A stretch of DNA of 38,563 bases from an uncultured Methylomonas sp. (GTDB lineage Bacteria > Pseudomonadota > Gammaproteobacteria > Methylococcales > Methylomonadaceae). Positions 34,552 through 38,563 of the stretch are shown here, piece by piece; the stretch's first letter is position 1, and the number at the start of each line of letters is the position of its first letter. The stretch covers positions 1 to 38,563 of the forward strand of contig CAZXJK010000002.1 of NCBI GenBank assembly GCA_964640895.1. Reading direction: 5' to 3'. A program made the position numbers and the translations under genes. The notes below the pieces were generated by a model. The model ran no database searches. It was not told where the DNA came from and saw only the letters and a list, made by a program, of their open reading frames with translations.

Positions 34552-36570
34552 TTATATCTCTTCTGCTAGTTTTCGTTGTAATGCGGCCTCCATTTGTTCA
34601 GCTGCTTTTCCAAATAACTTTTCTGCATTCACTACTTCCCCTGTTTTTTCATCCACGGATACCGCTTCAGGTACCTTCAAGGTGTTTTCAAATTTTCCGG
34701 TAATCACATCGGCACTCGGCATTTCAGCCGCCCGTTTTTCAGGTGCATACTTCTGTAAATCCAGGTTATCCATGCGTCGTTCTGCCTGTGCCATCAATTT
34801 GGCTGATTTACGTCGCCTCTGGTCGTTTTTAAAGTATTCTCTAGAATCCCCCTGGTCATTAAAAGCCACACTCGGCATCCATTCAGCATCAAATAAATAG
34901 CGGTTATCTAAACTGTAAACATTCACTTTGCCGTGCAGGTTTTGTGGGTCATAAAAAACCACTAATTCTTGCCCACCAAATTCAATCAATTCATCACAGT
35001 AATAACGGTTTCTACCTGAACTACTGCGCCCGGCTTTGATACTAATCACCCCATTATCTTTAGCCGCTCTCACTTGCTCAGGCATTTTTAATAATAATCG
35101 ACGCTGTTCTTCTGATGATATCCTAGGAGCGGCAGTAGCAAAGCTCCGCGCAAAGGCCTCATCAAAGCTGTAAATCCCTTGGCAAACATCGGAACGCCTT
35201 TTTTTCTGCGCGTTATGTCGGACCACTTCATCCGCCACGATCTGCCTGAACTCATCAAAGGGAATAGCCGTTTTCCTACTAAACCCACGGTCTCTTAATT
35301 GCGGGTTAGTCGCCACTTTGTCATGAATACCGCCAATACCAAACGCTCTTTCAATCGGTTTTACCCCAGGGTTAGAAACCTTATGATCCGGGTTGGTGAA
35401 ATGCACATCCATCCCTAAATGCAAAAGTATCCCCATCGGGTCAGTCGGTAAGTTTTTAAACCGATAACGCCCTTTCGATTGCCCTGTCATGGCTTTATTG
35501 GCGGCCACCCGCGTGTTATCCACTTGCACATAATAAGGCGTACACAGCGCGGTTAAATCATAAGTAGCCAAACGAAAAACATCCGTATTTTCAGTTTTAT
35601 CAAGCCGATAGGCCAAAATCTTACCGCTGTAAATATCTTGCCAAAACCAGCCGGTAGCCGTGTTAATAATCTCCCCATCAGGAAATTCAACCCACACACG
35701 GTCAAATTTAAGACCATCACCCGTCACAGCCTCGCCCGCTTTAAAACAGGTTTTATCCCGGTGTTGAAAAGGGTGCAGTTTACGCACCGCAACTTCACCT
35801 TCACGAAAAAACACCCGACTAAACGCACTAATCTGATCGTTTATATAACGTTCCATGGTTCGCTCAGAAGGCATAACCCAACCCTCAGCCGCCGCTCTCT
35901 CTTCAGTCCGCCGATAGCTGTCTTTTAATGAAGGCTGGCTTCTGTGCAGATAAAAAGAGCTAAACCAATCAAAAGCTTCCTGACTAAATGCCCCGCTAGG
36001 TCTGCGCCCTGTATGGCAATTAACCAGCACCGCTGGCCAATCCATTTCATCAAAATAAATAACCCCTGGCTTGCCTTTACGCCCATACCACCAGTTATTC
36101 AGAGTTTTAACACTCATTTCATGCCTGTCCGCTATCCGCTGCATAGTCTCGGTGACTTTCTTTTTCTCACCGGCATAATCCAGTAACAATTTTAATTCTC
36201 GCAAAATAACCAGCTTCTTAGCCGCCTTGCCTTTTTGCGCCTCTGTTTTTTGATCATAATGCGACCAATCCACCGTGTGCTGTATCGGTTGCTCACGCGT
36301 TTCTTCCTCTGCATCCAGTAACGCTTGTACTTTTTCAGACACAACAGGCCGTTCTCTTTGCCCGTGTTTGAGTTGCACAGCGGCTTTTAAATCGGGTGGT
36401 AGGTCGTTGAAGGCGACTAAGTTTGCTATTCCTCCATTAATGCGTTTTTGGGTAACATGTATGTTTTCTTTTTTAATTCTTCTACTGATCGTATATCTAG
36501 TAACACCTAGAGCATCGGAAATTTGTCGCGCTGTTAAAAGATCATTTTCAAATATAGTTTCCTTACCCAT
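34552..36570 (-). CDS. Mu-type DDE transposase A
   Basis: N-terminal HTH domains; catalytic GDGLKFD / VDNT / KPIERAF; C-terminal V.YDP.NL...VY. Confidence 0.95.
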   Translation of the reverse strand: MGKETIFENDLLTARQISDALGVTRYTISRRIKKENIHVTQKRINGGIANLVAFNDLPPDLKAAVQLKHGQRERPVVSEKVQALLDAEEETREQPIQHTVDWSHYDQKTEAQKGKAAKKLVILRELKLLLDYAGEKKKVTETMQRIADRHEMSVKTLNNWWYGRKGKPGVIYFDEMDWPAVLVNCHTGRRPSGAFSQEAFDWFSSFYLHRSQPSLKDSYRRTEERAAAEGWVMPSERTMERYINDQISAFSRVFFREGEVAVRKLHPFQHRDKTCFKAGEAVTGDGLKFDRVWVEFPDGEIINTATGWFWQDIYSGKILAYRLDKTENTDVFRLATYDLTALCTPYYVQVDNTRVAANKAMTGQSKGRYRFKNLPTDPMGILLHLGMDVHFTNPDHKVSNPGVKPIERAFGIGGIHDKVATNPQLRDRGFSRKTAIPFDEFRQIVADEVVRHNAQKKRRSDVCQGIYSFDEAFARSFATAAPRISSEEQRRLLLKMPEQVRAAKDNGVISIKAGRSSSGRNRYYCDELIEFGGQELVVFYDPQNLHGKVNVYSLDNRYLFDAEWMPSVAFNDQGDSREYFKNDQRRRKSAKLMAQAERRMDNLDLQKYAPEKRAAEMPSADVITGKFENTLKVPEAVSVDEKTGEVVNAEKLFGKAAEQMEAALQRKLAEEI

Positions 36571-36611
36571 TCAGAATCCTAATAGATTGTTAAGTCGTTC
36601 TTTTTCATCAA

Positions 36612-37064
36612 TCATGAAGAACCACCTTTCATTTTTTCCAAGCGGTGAATTTGCTGATTAATTTCCGTCTGCATTTGTTTTTTCATTTGCTGTAATTTAC
36701 CAATTTCAGCATCCAAAGCATCACCCCCATAAGCTACTCGACCACCGCGCTTATTCACTAACCAATCCGTTAACCGACGGCTCACACAAACACTCTCTAA
36801 AATAGGTGCTAACCAAAACGGTAAAGGATGGTCATTCCTTGCCGCAGAACAATACGCATCCAGCATATGTTTACTAACATCTTTATCCGCCAGGCGACTA
36901 ACAGCGGAACTGATTTCATAACGGTCTTTCAACCCCGAATCTCCCAGTATCAAGCTCACAGTCTCAGACACTTCACGCGCATACTGAGAATCACCAGGAA
37001 TCACCACGTCAGGCGTAGGCAAATCGAAGATGTCTAAGGTATAGGTGTCTTTAACCTGGCGCAT
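36612..37064 (-). CDS. Conserved Mu-like early protein between ner and A (putative DNA-binding)
   Basis: RYEI...VS......VSKHMLDAY.S.AR.DH..P pattern. Confidence 0.75.
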   Translation of the reverse strand: MRQVKDTYTLDIFDLPTPDVVIPGDSQYAREVSETVSLILGDSGLKDRYEISSAVSRLADKDVSKHMLDAYCSAARNDHPLPFWLAPILESVCVSRRLTDWLVNKRGGRVAYGGDALDAEIGKLQQMKKQMQTEINQQIHRLEKMKGGSS

Positions 37065-37065
37065 A

Positions 37066-37422
37066 TCAAGCCGTCGCTTTATTTTTTACGTTGCAGGATT
37101 TTTTCTCTGCTGTATCATATTTCTTACCAGCTATACGGCCCCGCTTACGGTTAGAAACACCAAAGGTATTGCCCTGCTTATCAGTACTAACTAAGTAACG
37201 GCTAGGCCAGATTTCCCAAGGCTTAACACCAATGGCTTTAGCGATAAGCGCTTCCGCTTTAGGGTAAGGTTTTAATAAGCCTTGAGAGAGTGCGGTCGGA
37301 TATAAGCCATAACTACGACTAAGACCCCGTAAAGTCCAGCCGGCTTTACGCAATTCGGCAACAATATCGGCTGAATGCCAGTCTGAATTACTGGCTTTTT
37401 TTGACTGTTTATTTTTGATCAT
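37066..37422 (-). CDS. ner: Ner-family transcriptional regulator
   Basis: DWHSADIVAEL.K.G.TL..LS, PYPKAE.LIA.AIG..P.EIWPSRY; ATG at 37422 preferred over TTG at 37440. Confidence 0.92.
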   Translation of the reverse strand: MIKNKQSKKASNSDWHSADIVAELRKAGWTLRGLSRSYGLYPTALSQGLLKPYPKAEALIAKAIGVKPWEIWPSRYLVSTDKQGNTFGVSNRKRGRIAGKKYDTAEKKSCNVKNKATA

Positions 37423-37457
37423 GGGTTTACTATAGACCAACTATAAAGTGTTGTAAA
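37423..37457 (-). promoter_or_regulatory. Early promoter Pe (leaderless-type)
   Basis: TTTACA-17 nt-TATAGT, then 6 nt to the ner ATG. Confidence 0.75.
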
Positions 37458-37603
37458 CCTTTATTTAAGTGTGCAACCAAATTTTAAAAATATTTATACA
37501 CTTATTTTTTTAAATACATGAATAATAAAGAAAAAAATGAATGGTAGAACATTTAATAAAAGGTTGCACATCCGCGCACACCTTTGGAGGCTCAGGTGGA
37601 ACA
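37451..37603. promoter_or_regulatory. Candidate repressor operators
   Basis: GGTTGCACA at 37562-37570 (+) and 37470-37478 (-); variants GGTAGAACA at 37543, GGTGGAACA at 37595, GGTTTACAA at 37451 (-). Confidence 0.5.
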
Positions 37604-38282
37604 TAATTTAGACGGTTTATCAAACAGATTAAAACAAGTTAGGGGGCATTTTAAAATGGGTCAGCCTGATTTTTCTAAATTAATTGGATCCACTGTAAGT
37701 GGATACCAGCAAAATGAATACGGGAAAACAACGCCTGGTGGAAAAACTTTAATTGGATTGGATAAATTAGGTGTTAATGTAAGTTGGTTGCTCAGTGGTA
37801 AAGGGGAAATGCTGCTGCAAGATTCCAACGAGATAACTATAGATGTTCACGAATCAAAAAACCTACCAGATTACACCCTGGTACCACTTTATAACGTAGA
37901 AGCATCAGCAGGACACGGCAGTTTAGTAGAATATGAAGAAAAGATAAGCCAGATCGCCTTTAGAAGCGATTGGATAACTGAAAAAAAACTGAATAAAAAC
38001 CAACTGGCAACAATTAAAGCCCGTGGAGACTCAATGCTACCAACCATAAGTGACGGCGATATATTGTTGATAGACACCAGAATAAACAAAATCACAGATG
38101 ACTCTATCTATATAATAAAGAACGATGGTCACTTAGTAGTAAAACGAATTCAACAAAATTTTGACGGTTCTATCAATATAATAAGCGACAATAAAATATA
38201 TGAGAAAGAAACCATCCCCAAAGACAACACAGATAAAATCATAATTGTTGGAAAGGTAATTTGGAACGGACACGATATTTAA
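37584..38282 (+). CDS. Phage repressor, XRE HTH plus S24 peptidase (cI/LexA-like)
   Basis: RLK.VR...Q..F...E.G..P...V..WLL.GKG; ASAGHG cleavage site; GDSM.PTI.DGD; VKR. Confidence 0.93.
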   Translation: MEAQVEHNLDGLSNRLKQVRGHFKMGQPDFSKLIGSTVSGYQQNEYGKTTPGGKTLIGLDKLGVNVSWLLSGKGEMLLQDSNEITIDVHESKNLPDYTLVPLYNVEASAGHGSLVEYEEKISQIAFRSDWITEKKLNKNQLATIKARGDSMLPTISDGDILLIDTRINKITDDSIYIIKNDGHLVVKRIQQNFDGSINIISDNKIYEKETIPKDNTDKIIIVGKVIWNGHDI

Positions 38283-38319
38283 ACGATTTTTAAACGAATT
38301 TTAAACGCCAATTCAATCG

Positions 38320-38508
38320 CGTTTAAAATTCGCAAAGTATATGACGAAAAATCAAAAAAACACAGTTTTGTTATTTTTTCGCAAACTAAAAAAAAACAAA
38401 ACACAAAAAACAAAAAACTCTCCACCCCTTTAATTCTCTGGCGTTCCTTTAATTTCATAAATTATTCGTTTTATCCCCTTATTCTCGCAAAACTAATGAC
38501 TCCCCACA
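38320..38508 (-). repeat. Phage end (repressor-proximal, Mu attL-equivalent) with three transposase-binding repeats
   Basis: - strand: TGT-14 nt-TTTGCGAGAATA; TTTGCGAAAAAATA near 38372-38385; TTTGCGAATTTTAA near 38323-38336. Confidence 0.85.
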
Positions 38509-38563
38509 CCATACCCCCTGAATATTTCACCAATTCAATCGGCATGAAATTCAAGTACATAGC
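38509..38563 (+). other. Host flank, probably part of an FGE-sulfatase (SUMF1)-domain gene
   Basis: Reads IPPEYFTNSIGMKFKYI; TNSIGMKF..I is the typical start of this domain; only 17 codons visible. Confidence 0.4.

Larger units (their letters stand above)
56..38508 (-). mobile_element. Complete Mu-like transposable (pro)phage with Mu-type head and P2-type contractile tail
   Basis: TGT at 56 and ACA at 38506-38508, each with a TTTGCGA motif 14 nt further in; DDE transposase plus AAA ATPase; Mu gene order from repressor to head; P2-like tail genes. Confidence 0.95.

Noticed and set aside
1012-38095. Numerous short antisense or alternate-frame ORFs in the track (e.g. 3033-3359, 14514-14825, 36275-36661, 37889-38095)
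   Set aside because: Fully overlap confidently assigned genes and show no recognisable motifs; treated as shadow ORFs
38278-38310. TTTAAACG x3 as a CRISPR-like or coding repeat
   Set aside because: Only ~10-11-bp phased units with no spacers; more consistent with bent DNA near the phage end

Overview
Essentially the whole window (56-38508) is one apparently complete Mu-like transposable phage of about 38.45 kb. It has TG...CA ends carrying repeated TTTGCGA transposase-site motifs, and 55 bp of non-phage DNA on each side with no target-site duplication. Almost all genes are on the - strand. Reading from the right end: cI-type repressor (+) and divergent ner, DDE transposase A and ATPase B, semi-essential early genes (DUF3164-like, HU, GemA, DUF2786-like, Mor), and accessory genes (SNase nuclease, ParB-like protein, C4-antisense-RNA-controlled antirepressor). 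These are followed by lysis genes, Mu-type packaging/head genes (gp27, gp28, gp29, F, G, I, T, gp36, gp37), a six-gene fibre/appendage cassette inserted between gp36 and gp37, and a P2-type contractile tail. A Cys-repeat secreted-type gene sits at the left end. Most notable non-coding signals: a promoter-driven structured antisense RNA next to the MuF C-terminal PBECR-like nuclease; three -10+6 nt+ATG (leaderless-type) promoters, two sharing a GGAAC-NN-GTTCC activator box; a full C4 RNA switch; REP-like hairpins; and a candidate central strong gyrase site. Family calls come from motif recognition and synteny only; no searches were run.
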